Source: Candidatus Poribacteria bacterium (GTDB taxonomy: Bacteria; Poribacteria; WGA-4E; WGA-3G). Taken from it: a stretch of DNA of 64,000 nt. Location of the stretch: the NCBI GenBank assembly GCA_965205015.1, contig OZ242029.1, forward strand, positions 1,824,001 to 1,888,000, written 5' to 3'. Below, in pieces: positions 48,762 through 58,878 of this stretch. Under the pieces are notes generated by a model. It was given only the letters and a program-made list of their open reading frames with translations. It was not told where the DNA came from and ran no database searches. The position numbers and the translations under genes are program-made. How positions within the stretch are numbered: the stretch's first letter is position 1; each line of letters starts with the position of its first letter.

Positions 48762-50750
48762 TTAAAACGGTTTGACGATTACGGCTTTAGAGACAAGCGC
48801 AATAGCCACGGTTCCCATACCAATGAGACCGACACCGCAGGCAAATCCTGCTGCAAGTACCGGGTTGTACATATACCAACGCCGCATCCCAAATCGCTTG
48901 ATCATGTAAAACCGTCCAATAACTGCACCGAGCAGCCGTGTAACCATACTTCCTGGATCCGCGCCGATGCCACCAACAATACCGTAGAACCACATGGAGG
49001 GGAGTTTAAATACCCACAACATCCCGTAGATTGCAAGGCTTCCGGTAAACCCGGCGGCCACATAATCCCCTCGAATTGCTTGCAGCATTTGGCTGTTTCC
49101 ATCCCGCAGCGACGTTTTCCAGAGACACTCATTTGTGGCGTTAATCGGCCACATCATCTGTGCGAATGGATACTGCGCACTGGGGATCGGTGCAATCTTC
49201 CAGATAAAGTGCAGCACCACAATTCCACTGACGACCAGAATCGGCATAATCAACAGTGTACCGGCGAGATTTGACGTGAAGGTCGTTCCTGTCAATTCAA
49301 GGACTCGCCAACTCTGTGTGCCGCGCCCGTAATCTTCGTCGGGTAATGGTGCGAACCAGATATCGACCTCTTCATAGCGACTCAAAATGAAGGTAATTTC
49401 GTGTAGATACGGTATCTCAAAGAGGTCGCGTCCCAGCACACCGAAGGTCCGTGCGGTAATATACGAATTGATCGGTGTATACAGGAAAGCGTAACCTAAC
49501 AGGAAACTCAGCGGGAAATTCGGGACCATCCAGTGAATAAGCCATACAAATCCACCCATACCGATGAGCCACATTAATCCCATCAACCATATCGGGAAAT
49601 CACCACGGTTCGGAGGCGGAGCGAAGGTGCCGCGCTCGCCTGCGGTTTTCTGAGCCCTCCGCATTTTAAAGAGCATCGGAATTGAAGCCGCCATCCCTAC
49701 GATTGCGAAACTAAAGGATTTCCCCATGCCGCAACTAATCCAGAAATCCAGTCCGTTGAACAAGCCGACACCCCGGACATCCAAACCCGGCGTCCACTGA
49801 TGGAGAATCTCATACCGGTACAGAATTTGTGGGTTCAAGATAAATTGCGTTGCCATTGCGGCAATGAATTCTGTCATCACAATCGGGAACGGCAACACGA
49901 ACCCGAAGAGCATTTGTCCAAAATCGGTTCGGAACGCGAAAACACCCGTCGGCGCGAAACCTTCGATACTCTGTGTGAAATCTATCCACGGGATCTTCAG
50001 AATCTGAATCGGTTGGCTCATCATCACACCGGTGAGTGAAGGCACACCGATATAGAGGAACCCCCAAATGAGTCCTGCCATAGAGCCGATAGAGAAGACC
50101 CGCCATCGCCAGGTTTCTTCTTTACCTGTCGTTTCTGCAAGCGCCGTTGCCCCCTGCGCACTAATCGGTGCCATCGGATAGGGGAGGCGTTCAAGGTCTG
50201 CCGTAAGTCGGAACAGAATATACTGCCCACTGACAAAACGCAGGGTTCCCAGTAGTTTTCCTGCCAGGTAGATACCGATAGGCAGAAACCAGTCTGGATG
50301 TATAAGACTTCGCGTGAGCACGCCAACGGAATCGCCTGCCGGCACAATCCAATCTGGGATTTTGTCGGCGATTTCGTAGGAAGCTGCCTGTGGCGTGTTA
50401 ACAAAATAGGCGTACCAGATAAAATTCCGGTATTGGAGCCCACTTCCGACAGCCGCACCTGTTAACCCGAGGAGCATATAAAGCTCCTGTCGTCGGGCAG
50501 TTGTAAAGGAACGCCGCGCGAGTTCGGTGAATAGAATAACGGCAACCCAAGGTGCTGCACCAGCACCGGATTCACCGGATACATAACTGAGATAAATGGA
50601 ACCCGGCATCATCAGCAAGCCAACGAAAAGTGCTCCAACAAACACTTTAACTGTTAGTCCCGACTCAAAGGTACGAATACCGCCTTCAATGTCATATCGC
50701 TGTGCCCAAGCTTGCCATTCATCTGCTTGTGATACTCTTTCTCTCGCCAA
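48762..50750 (-). CDS. OPT/DUF6785-like polytopic membrane protein (putative peptide transporter)
   Basis: Many TM helices; WVAVILFTELARR; ERLPYPMAPI; APIPSAQYP. Probable TTG start at 50750 with RBS GAAAGGAG. Confidence 0.75.
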   Translation of the reverse strand: MARERVSQADEWQAWAQRYDIEGGIRTFESGLTVKVFVGALFVGLLMMPGSIYLSYVSGESGAGAAPWVAVILFTELARRSFTTARRQELYMLLGLTGAAVGSGLQYRNFIWYAYFVNTPQAASYEIADKIPDWIVPAGDSVGVLTRSLIHPDWFLPIGIYLAGKLLGTLRFVSGQYILFRLTADLERLPYPMAPISAQGATALAETTGKEETWRWRVFSIGSMAGLIWGFLYIGVPSLTGVMMSQPIQILKIPWIDFTQSIEGFAPTGVFAFRTDFGQMLFGFVLPFPIVMTEFIAAMATQFILNPQILYRYEILHQWTPGLDVRGVGLFNGLDFWISCGMGKSFSFAIVGMAASIPMLFKMRRAQKTAGERGTFAPPPNRGDFPIWLMGLMWLIGMGGFVWLIHWMVPNFPLSFLLGYAFLYTPINSYITARTFGVLGRDLFEIPYLHEITFILSRYEEVDIWFAPLPDEDYGRGTQSWRVLELTGTTFTSNLAGTLLIMPILVVSGIVVLHFIWKIAPIPSAQYPFAQMMWPINATNECLWKTSLRDGNSQMLQAIRGDYVAAGFTGSLAIYGMLWVFKLPSMWFYGIVGGIGADPGSMVTRLLGAVIGRFYMIKRFGMRRWYMYNPVLAAGFACGVGLIGMGTVAIALVSKAVIVKPF

Positions 50751-50769
50751 ATTGAATGTTCTCCTTTCT

Positions 50770-50934
50770 TGACTGTCGGCTATCGGCATATTGGCTGTCG
50801 GCTATCGGCTTTCAGCGAAGAAGGTTTTCGTTTAACGATACCCTCTTAACTGACTGCTGAAAGGGTTTTCGTAGAAAACCCGACCCGACGGCTGATTGCC
50901 AATTGCTGACAGCCATCCTGCTGACTGCTGATGC
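50770..50934. repeat. Heptamer inverted-repeat intergenic element
   Basis: ctgtcgg-ctatcgg...ctgtcgg-ctatcgg-ctttcag left arm; ctgactg-ctga... right arm; internal GGGTTTTC-gta-GAAAACCC hairpin. Confidence 0.6.
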
Positions 50935-51123
50935 TCACTCTTCGCCTGATTCTTCGGTGTCGTCGGTGCTTCGTAGTTCTTCCCAGAAATGCGCACAGAA
51001 AATACCAACTATCAGCACAAGAGCTGAGAACATCTGCCATTGCCAACGCCCTTCAAGGGCGAGAACGCTGAACAGCCATAAGAAGGTGCCAATGATAATA
51101 ATAAGACTTGCTACTTTTTCCAT
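50935..51123 (-). CDS. Small two-TM membrane protein
   Basis: 62 aa with two hydrophobic helices and an acidic tail; lies between operon genes on the same strand. Confidence 0.6.
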   Translation of the reverse strand: MEKVASLIIIIGTFLWLFSVLALEGRWQWQMFSALVLIVGIFCAHFWEELRSTDDTEESGEE

Positions 51124-51245
51124 TATTTTAACTATGATCCCCCAAATAGGGTTCTAAAGTCCGAGTGTAAAGTCTGTAAAGTGTAACGAAAGTGAACTAA
51201 AATTATATTAAACCCAACAACTTTAGTACACTTGTGAACTTTAAT

Positions 51246-54200
51246 TTAATCTGCCGGTGTCGGTACAGGCTCCATCTGTCCTGCTTCTTCTGCCGACGGG
51301 TCCATACCTTCGGTTCTACCGCGTTCATGGAACTCTGCTCGGATATCGACGCTGAATGTCCGCCAAATCAGGAGTTGTTTCCGCAGCAGATTCAGGAAAC
51401 GTCGATTGACCCGCTTCCAAGAGGCGATCTCACCACTCTCACGATGTACATCCAACGTGATTTTGTAGAGATCCTCTTCTTCACCACCGACTGGGGATGT
51501 AACGAACTGAATAGACTGGCTCACACCTAAGTCATAAGGCGCCAACCATACCATCATCCCGATCTGATAGGAGTCTTCGGCTTCTTCTTGGCTGAACGCA
51601 ACCTGGTCCGTATAAAAGTCGCTGGCGGATTCGTCTGCATGTGCCTCAAAATAGTCCCGCATAAAGACGTTCAACCCGAGTGATTCTTCTTCAAGGACGG
51701 TAAAGGGTAAATTAAAGTGCCATACGTCCCCTTCGGGTTCTGGGAGTTTCCATTTACGTTCGATATCAGGGACTGCCATCCGTGAAGCCTTGATTGCCGG
51801 ATACATGGTACTGAGTAAAACGACAAGCATGACAATAATTGTTGCGACGACCGTTGACATTGACGAATAGTTAAGCGTCAATCCAGCGAGCCAACCGAAA
51901 TGCACGAGGGTTGTCGCGATTGCTTGTCCCATGAGATAGCCTAACACCGCACCGACGATGGCGTATACGCATGCCTCCGCAAGGAAGAGGAAGGCGATAT
52001 GCACAGGCGCGAGTCCAACGGAACTGTAGATGCCGATTTCACGGACCCGTTCATAAACGGCGCCAAGCATGGTGTTAAGAACGATAAGCGCGGCGATCAA
52101 GATCGGTACGAATAGGTTACCCATGCCGCTGAAACTCGTCATGCCAATACTACTGTAGAGATATGTGTCTTTATCACGTCCGACAAAGAAGTCAAGAGCG
52201 ATACGGTTCATGAGCGGTGCCATGATAAGGTCTAACTTATCTATTGCGCCTAACAACTGCGGATCATCCTCTCGCGGTTCCATGTTAACAGCAACACTTC
52301 GGAGGGTGCCCCCTTGATTCATAACGACTTGATAAGGGAGAATAGCGACACTGTCTGGCGTGAGATGGAGGTATTTCTGTAATTCGCCTTCAAGCGTCTC
52401 ATCACCAGTGGCACCCCGGCTCCGCTGCTGTTGCATCAGCTGATAATCGACAGGCGTAAGTTCTTCGCCATCGTTATCAGTAAGATCCTTGAAGCCGATA
52501 CCGAGGACACCAACGACAGTAAAATCGGCACCGTAAACAGAGACGGTGGCTTTCCCCATATCGCTTTCGGTGATCTTGAGCAATTCTGCCATTCCTTTGG
52601 GCAGCACAATGGCGTAGGGCCACTCCGTCGGCCATTCATTGGCATCTGCCGGGTCAAACCATTTGCCGTATTGGAGGTATCTATCAATACCGCTAACACC
52701 GGGTTCTGATTCATTCATGCCCACGAGCATGTTTGCCGCGAAGGTCAATGCTTCGCCTGTGAGTGGGTGCGTTGGAGGCGATGTATCTGCTGTGTTTTCC
52801 GTGCGTGTGAGTTGGACAAACGATTGGTCGCCGGTTCCTGAGGATTGATACCATGCGCGCGGTGCGACGACGTTCCGAACGAATAAGACGGATTCTGCGT
52901 CTACCTGTTCAATGAAACCCCCTTCTTTTAAAGTGCTACGCGCTTCCGCAAGGTCAAGCGGTTGTTCGCCTTGCTTGACCAAGAGTTCGTTTTTACGTTC
53001 CAAAAGTCGTTCTAAGGCGGTCAATGTGATTTGCGTCTTTTGCATGTCGTTCAGTACGGAGGTAAGCACCGGTTCCTCAAGTGGACGCCAATACTGGTCA
53101 CGGATGAGGAGACCGGTATAGCGCGGTGTCACTTGTGGAAGGCTCGTTCTGTTCGGGTGCATAAACGTCCGCACAGAGGTAAACGATATAACAGTAAAGG
53201 TAAGGATGACCAACGTACAACACGTCAGGATCGTCCGTCCTTTCCGTTTCCGCATGTTGGAAATACCTAAACTAAATGCAGCAGCACTCGCACTCAACCT
53301 GCCGACATCGGCTTTATAAACTTTACTGCCCTCTTGTCGGATCTTTTCGAGTTGCTCCTCGAATTTCCGGACAATAATACTGATGACGATAACCGTCAAG
53401 GCAAGTACAACAAACGCGATCAGAATAATCACAGGTGTGGTCGTAATCTGGAATGCGGGGTGAACTTGGCTGAGGAAGAAAAATACAAGTAAAAAGATGC
53501 CGAATGAACCCAAAATCTGTTTGTGGATGTTCGGGAAGCCGAAAATGAGCCGTTCCATAAAGTAGGCGAACGGCATCAGTAAGGCGAGGTAGAACATCAC
53601 ACCGTTGACGACATCGTTACCGGTCTGTTTGACGTCTGGGTATGCGCGTGATTCATAACCCCACGCGGCGCGGGCGAGTTTGAGTGCCTGTTGATAGTCG
53701 CTTTGGAGTAATTCGGTCTCCGCACGTGCAAGGTAATCGTTCGCAAATTGGTGGAGTTTGTCAAGCCGGTCACTGGAGATACCAAACCGTTTGTAAAGTC
53801 GTGAGCGGTTCTCATCGAGCCACCACATATCTCGGACAACGACGTACGGCGTGAGACGAATTTGTCCGTTTTCGCGGACGACGAAACCCTCACCGGTATA
53901 AAGCGTCGGGTTCTTCATACCGCTTTTCGTTGCTTTGATGAGAAGGAGACGTTTACCAATCTGTCCGTATGCCATTCCAACTTTGATGCGCGTGTTGGGT
54001 TCGCTATACACGAGTGCAATAGGTTCGGCTGCGGACACACCTTCCTGCTGCCACGGTTTGGACATCCCGAACTTCTCCGGCGCACTATCCGTGAGCGCAT
54101 CATAAACTTCGAGTTCCCGCAAGGTTCGCAGGTACCGTTGATCCACTAAGTCGTAGATCGTTGTAGATACACACGGAAATGTAACAACACGGCAACCGCG

Positions 54201-57200
54201 CCTACGGGTGTTGATCGGAATTTTGTTCGGAAGTAGTTTCGCACCGTAATTCCCGAGATCAGGGGCATAGACGATGTCGCCTGAATCCTTGTCAAGAATG
54301 TATGCTTCAACCTCTTGTGCACCACCGAGACGCCGTGTAGCTCTACCTTCCATTGCTAATCCGGCGACCTCAAAGTTACCCTTGTTATCGCCCATCACAA
54401 ACAGGTCTCCACGGACCCCCATCATGGTTTTGTGTTTCCTGCGGAGCGTCAAAATCGGGTAAGGCACCGGTTTATTCGGTAGTGCGGATTCACGTGCGTC
54501 AAATTCAACAACATCACCGAAGAGGTTGCAGTAGAAATTCCCGACACGTGCCGCGGTGGGCATCTCTTCATCTCGAAGGGCTTGGATGAGTAACGATGCC
54601 AATGTCTGTGCTTGCTGATGGAGGTTACCACCTTCGCGCAAATCAACGCGTTCAATCGTATCGAGGGGGGTGTCCGTTAAGACGCGGGCATCTTCAATGG
54701 TTGCAAAAGCGATGCCAGTCTTTCCGACAAGCGTGGCGACCTCGCTATCAAAAGCAATTTTACCTGGGATATAAGTCTTCCACGTCTTTCCACCGCTTGC
54801 GGAGATGGCGTTAACGAAATTTGACTCACCGCCGAGACCCGCAATCGAAATGAGAGTTTTAATATCCTCAATTTCTTCATCGGAGAAGGTGTCCGGATCT
54901 TCATGACGAAGTCGGAGCATGGCGTCCAACTGTTCACGTGTACGGATGTTATTCTTTCGATTCTTCTTTGCAGTGCGGACATCATTTCGGATGAAACGCT
55001 CGACCTCTTTACGGATGTAATCCATATCTTTGAGCATATCCTCAGAGGGTTCACCTTGATTGCGCCACTGTTCAAACTGCATCTTCATCAGTCGGCTCAC
55101 TCCGCTGAGGCCGGTGAGTTTATTGAAGTGCGAACTCAATAGCGTTTCAAGCGTCTTTCCTTCGAGTGCCGCTTTATCAGATATCCCGTTTGCAACCGTC
55201 CATTGACGTGCCATAACGGCTTGGCGAATTTGATCGTCTGTCCACTGCCAAAGTTTCCTGACACGGACACCAAAATCGGCATCTTCAGCGTAAGAGGCAA
55301 GTTTATTGCCGATGCTCGCAAACTCGCGACGTAATACAAATTCGGGTTGCTGATCGTAGAACCATCCCTTGTTGAACACCCCGAACTGATTCGACTGTGA
55401 GGAGAGGTCAATGCTAATATAGAGAGAGGTATAATACCGGTTGAATAGGTCTTGTAGGGCGATTGCCGCCTCGATCTGTCCGAGTTTTCGGTTGTATTCA
55501 TCGGTATCAATACGCAACATCTTTTCAATACGACTCTGGATGTTACGGAAACGTGCGTTGCGAAGCGTTAACATGTTATCGCGTAGAAGCACTTTGGTCT
55601 CTGCATCCAAATCGGTGTCTAATGTGGGTAACCGTTCAATGAGGTTTTCGAGTGCTACGATATCCGTATCGGCGCGATTTTTAACGATCGTTAACAATTC
55701 TTTTTCGCTAATCTGTGATGCGATGCGTAAGCGCAACGAAAGTGCTTGTTCAACTTCATCATCCGATAGGTAGTTTTCCAAAATGAGACGTTCTTCATCC
55801 AAGTATTCCCGACCTAACGTCCCCGATGTTGCGATCAAAGTCTGAATACGCGTGCGTTCCAATCGGGCATTCCGGAGTGCAATTTCAAAGATACCTTGTT
55901 TATCTTTAAGAAGATCTGCTATCAATACGGCAACATCAGTTGTATCTCCAGATTCGGCTAATCTCTGTCGCAGCTGGGTATCGATCGTGTTGAGACGTTC
56001 TATCCCGGCTTTCGACAAAAATTGACCGCCATAAATCAAAGAATCACCGCCCGATTTTCCCATCGGCGTTTCCTTGAGTCGGCGAATGCTCGCTTTAACC
56101 TCATTTTCAACGGGTTGGCTATCAGGTATTTGTGCCAGAACCTTTTCAAGGAGCTGAACCTCTCGCTGAATCGCTGCTGCTTGGGTGTCGTTGGCATCGC
56201 GTAAAACACTGCGTGCCTCTTTCGCTGTATTGAGTGAGTGTAGGTCGAGATGCCGGTCAAGTATCTTCTCAGGTGTCCACATCAGTGCAAATTTGCGTTT
56301 GTCGCTCATCTCCCAGTTTGCGAGGGTTTTGTTAAGCATCTCGATATCAGCGATGAGTTCTTGCGGAAGATCATTCGGTATTGGGATGTGCCAGTCTGAG
56401 CCCTGTTGCACCGGAATAAGATAGGCGTCATTCGGGTGCGTATTGTATTCGTCGGTACTGCCGGTCTCCACCGCGTGAATGAGTTTCTCAACCGCCCATA
56501 TATCAAGACGCGCAATCGGCAGTCCAAGCGTTTCAATCAATTCGCGCTGTGCGGATCGGCTCGTATTGAGGGCAACACCACGAACCTCAGCTAACCTACC
56601 GACAATATCTCGGAGGAAATGTGTCGTTTGCAAAGCTTCTTTCTTCGAGCGGGCAAGATTTGCTAATAAACGGCTCTTCTCTTCACCTGTGAAGCCTTGC
56701 TTTTCGCGTTTTCGATTCCTGTCTGCCTGCTTCTTCTGGCGTTCTGAAAAGTCACGCTGTTGCTCCGTAAGAGATTCAATCTCAGATCGTGTTTTTGACA
56801 AGCCGTCCAGTGTAGTTGCGAGAGAGTCTAAGTCAGACTTTACGTTGTGTATACCGTGGAAAAAGTCAGCCGGGAGATCGACAAGAACGCTCCGGTCAAT
56901 GGAGAGCAAAAGCCTTCTGCCCAACTCTTCAAATTCAAGGACATCTGTAGAAAGACCACGGCGAAGTCCGTGCATTGTGGGGGTGCCGGGTGAATCGGTG
57001 TCGGAACCGACGATATCTTGTCCAATACCTTCCATAAAGGCACGCATGCCGGCAAGCCCTTGGAAGTGTCCATCGACTGCAACAAAGAGGACAGAATAGC
57101 CGGGCCGATATTGGGGCTGACTAAAAAGACGCGCGAGTTCCATGAGGGTCGCGATACCACACGTTGGATCAGCACCGGGTGCCATGGCGGGAACGACCGA

Positions 57201-58574
57201 CATTGAGTCGTAATAAGCTGTGAGAACAATCAGTTCATCGCGTAAAGTTGGGTCTCCGCCTTCCAAAAATCCGCGTATATTTTGCCCGACACGGCGCTCC
57301 CACGTCATCTTCCCTCTTATACGAACATTAACTTGACTCCCTTCCGCCTGTTGTGCCGTCATCAAATTGGTGAGGACAGCAGCATCTTCTTTAGAAATCC
57401 AAAATCGCGGTATATTAGCGGGGACGGTACCGAACTTATTTTCTGCTTCTCCTCGAATGGTTGTGTCGGGTTCGATAAAGATGACAGCAGTGCCACCGAG
57501 CATTGCCGCATTGATATAACGAGTGCTGGAGTTAAAATCAAGAAGAACGATTGCCCCTTTCGGGATAAATATGTGTGATTCACTCGCAGCAACAAACTCG
57601 CCGGACTCATCGACTTGTCCATCGTTGTTGTTATCGATGCCATCAGTGTCATCCCCTGGGATTTCATCTGTCCAGCCATCGGCATCGTTATCAATGCCAT
57701 CTGTTGCCCATCCTAAGATTTCAGAGAGCAGAGGGATTTCACCGTACTCATCAATAGTGCCATCCTCGTCATTGTCGATGCCATCGGATGCTTTTTGTAG
57801 GTGTTCATTAAGTATATCATCGGTGATACTGGCGTCGGTGATACGATAACGTCGGGCGAGTGTTGTGAGTGTGTCCCCATCTTGGAGTTTATGCCAAAAT
57901 CCACCAATATTCGTGCCGTTGAAATCAGCAAGTTCGGCATCATCGCCGTAAAGGAGGGGACCAGATAAACCTCCTGTCGGAATAAACACCGTGCTTCCTT
58001 CGACAACTGGCGTCGCCAGAAATTGGTTCCGCTCGTCTGCAAGGATAGTCGTCTCGTCAATATGGTAACTTTCTGCGATGTCTTTGAGTGTTTCTCCTGC
58101 CAATACAGTGTGTTTAATGCCGTCTGCTAATAGAGAGGTCCGCACAAGGTTGGGCCAGAGGGGAGTGAGTTTAAAGGCGTGTAGCACATTGGCTTCCGGT
58201 GAGAGGACTTCAATGATGCTATCACCGTGGTCGATCGGCACGGTGACGGAAAATTCGCGACTTTCCACGTTCTGCAAACCGGTTTCGACGAAACGATCAA
58301 AAATGTATTTGCTTCCACTCGCAGCTTGAGGATAACCCGTTACACGACTGTCGAGACTTGAGAGGCGTGCAAGGTCCTTTCGAATGTTGCCGATAGAGAG
58401 GTCATCCCGAATCTGGATGGCTGCAGATTGCATGCCGGTACTGGGAATTGCTTGTGCGTATGCAGTATCGGATAGTTGCCCAGCGACGAGCAAAACCGAA
58501 AGAAAAAACATTAATACATTTGTGAACGCACTGAAGAGCCGCTCGCGGCACTCGGGTCTACTATGAATTTTCAT
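51246..58574 (-). CDS. 2442-aa fusion: signal peptide, degenerate M28 (nicalin/nicastrin-like) domain with LysM x2, DGIDN acidic repeats and helical insert, and two FtsX-like permease modules
   Basis: SRVTGYP; LysM-like HTVLAGETLKDIA and HKLQDGDTLTTLAR; DGIDNDxDG x3; IVLTAYYDS...PGAD...LMELARLFS; FSLGISNMRKRKGRT; LNTMLGAVYERVREIGIYSSVGLAP...FLAEA; YPAIKAS. Confidence 0.85.
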   Translation of the reverse strand: MKIHSRPECRERLFSAFTNVLMFFLSVLLVAGQLSDTAYAQAIPSTGMQSAAIQIRDDLSIGNIRKDLARLSSLDSRVTGYPQAASGSKYIFDRFVETGLQNVESREFSVTVPIDHGDSIIEVLSPEANVLHAFKLTPLWPNLVRTSLLADGIKHTVLAGETLKDIAESYHIDETTILADERNQFLATPVVEGSTVFIPTGGLSGPLLYGDDAELADFNGTNIGGFWHKLQDGDTLTTLARRYRITDASITDDILNEHLQKASDGIDNDEDGTIDEYGEIPLLSEILGWATDGIDNDADGWTDEIPGDDTDGIDNNNDGQVDESGEFVAASESHIFIPKGAIVLLDFNSSTRYINAAMLGGTAVIFIEPDTTIRGEAENKFGTVPANIPRFWISKEDAAVLTNLMTAQQAEGSQVNVRIRGKMTWERRVGQNIRGFLEGGDPTLRDELIVLTAYYDSMSVVPAMAPGADPTCGIATLMELARLFSQPQYRPGYSVLFVAVDGHFQGLAGMRAFMEGIGQDIVGSDTDSPGTPTMHGLRRGLSTDVLEFEELGRRLLLSIDRSVLVDLPADFFHGIHNVKSDLDSLATTLDGLSKTRSEIESLTEQQRDFSERQKKQADRNRKREKQGFTGEEKSRLLANLARSKKEALQTTHFLRDIVGRLAEVRGVALNTSRSAQRELIETLGLPIARLDIWAVEKLIHAVETGSTDEYNTHPNDAYLIPVQQGSDWHIPIPNDLPQELIADIEMLNKTLANWEMSDKRKFALMWTPEKILDRHLDLHSLNTAKEARSVLRDANDTQAAAIQREVQLLEKVLAQIPDSQPVENEVKASIRRLKETPMGKSGGDSLIYGGQFLSKAGIERLNTIDTQLRQRLAESGDTTDVAVLIADLLKDKQGIFEIALRNARLERTRIQTLIATSGTLGREYLDEERLILENYLSDDEVEQALSLRLRIASQISEKELLTIVKNRADTDIVALENLIERLPTLDTDLDAETKVLLRDNMLTLRNARFRNIQSRIEKMLRIDTDEYNRKLGQIEAAIALQDLFNRYYTSLYISIDLSSQSNQFGVFNKGWFYDQQPEFVLRREFASIGNKLASYAEDADFGVRVRKLWQWTDDQIRQAVMARQWTVANGISDKAALEGKTLETLLSSHFNKLTGLSGVSRLMKMQFEQWRNQGEPSEDMLKDMDYIRKEVERFIRNDVRTAKKNRKNNIRTREQLDAMLRLRHEDPDTFSDEEIEDIKTLISIAGLGGESNFVNAISASGGKTWKTYIPGKIAFDSEVATLVGKTGIAFATIEDARVLTDTPLDTIERVDLREGGNLHQQAQTLASLLIQALRDEEMPTAARVGNFYCNLFGDVVEFDARESALPNKPVPYPILTLRRKHKTMMGVRGDLFVMGDNKGNFEVAGLAMEGRATRRLGGAQEVEAYILDKDSGDIVYAPDLGNYGAKLLPNKIPINTRRRGCRVVTFPCVSTTIYDLVDQRYLRTLRELEVYDALTDSAPEKFGMSKPWQQEGVSAAEPIALVYSEPNTRIKVGMAYGQIGKRLLLIKATKSGMKNPTLYTGEGFVVRENGQIRLTPYVVVRDMWWLDENRSRLYKRFGISSDRLDKLHQFANDYLARAETELLQSDYQQALKLARAAWGYESRAYPDVKQTGNDVVNGVMFYLALLMPFAYFMERLIFGFPNIHKQILGSFGIFLLVFFFLSQVHPAFQITTTPVIILIAFVVLALTVIVISIIVRKFEEQLEKIRQEGSKVYKADVGRLSASAAAFSLGISNMRKRKGRTILTCCTLVILTFTVISFTSVRTFMHPNRTSLPQVTPRYTGLLIRDQYWRPLEEPVLTSVLNDMQKTQITLTALERLLERKNELLVKQGEQPLDLAEARSTLKEGGFIEQVDAESVLFVRNVVAPRAWYQSSGTGDQSFVQLTRTENTADTSPPTHPLTGEALTFAANMLVGMNESEPGVSGIDRYLQYGKWFDPADANEWPTEWPYAIVLPKGMAELLKITESDMGKATVSVYGADFTVVGVLGIGFKDLTDNDGEELTPVDYQLMQQQRSRGATGDETLEGELQKYLHLTPDSVAILPYQVVMNQGGTLRSVAVNMEPREDDPQLLGAIDKLDLIMAPLMNRIALDFFVGRDKDTYLYSSIGMTSFSGMGNLFVPILIAALIVLNTMLGAVYERVREIGIYSSVGLAPVHIAFLFLAEACVYAIVGAVLGYLMGQAIATTLVHFGWLAGLTLNYSSMSTVVATIIVMLVVLLSTMYPAIKASRMAVPDIERKWKLPEPEGDVWHFNLPFTVLEEESLGLNVFMRDYFEAHADESASDFYTDQVAFSQEEAEDSYQIGMMVWLAPYDLGVSQSIQFVTSPVGGEEEDLYKITLDVHRESGEIASWKRVNRRFLNLLRKQLLIWRTFSVDIRAEFHERGRTEGMDPSAEEAGQMEPVPTPAD

Positions 58575-58678
58575 GTTGTGAAGTCTCCCGCCTTTTTCTG
58601 GTTTTTCAGATTTTCTCCCCGCCGCATAGATTCCTATGTTCGGAGCCTACTGGCGTAGTTTTGGGAGGCAATATTTAT

Positions 58679-58748
58679 ATTGTATACTATTATTGCAATT
58701 TTTGTCAAATTAAAAAAATTTGCATTTAAGGCTTTTTTAGGTTAAAAT
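58679..58748. promoter_or_regulatory. Back-to-back divergent sigma70 promoters
   Basis: Minus: TTGACA (58708-58703) with TACAAT (58684-58679). Plus: TTGCAT (58720)-N17-TAAAAT (58743). Confidence 0.5.
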
Positions 58749-58878
58749 ATATTTCACGCTTTTGCCTCTCATTGAAGCAGAATCCTCTTCAAACTACATT
58801 TCACTGCAATACTAAAAAATTTCAAAAAAAATCAGCAGCAGTCCAACCCTAATCTTGCTGCCTGATAAGGAGCCAAAC

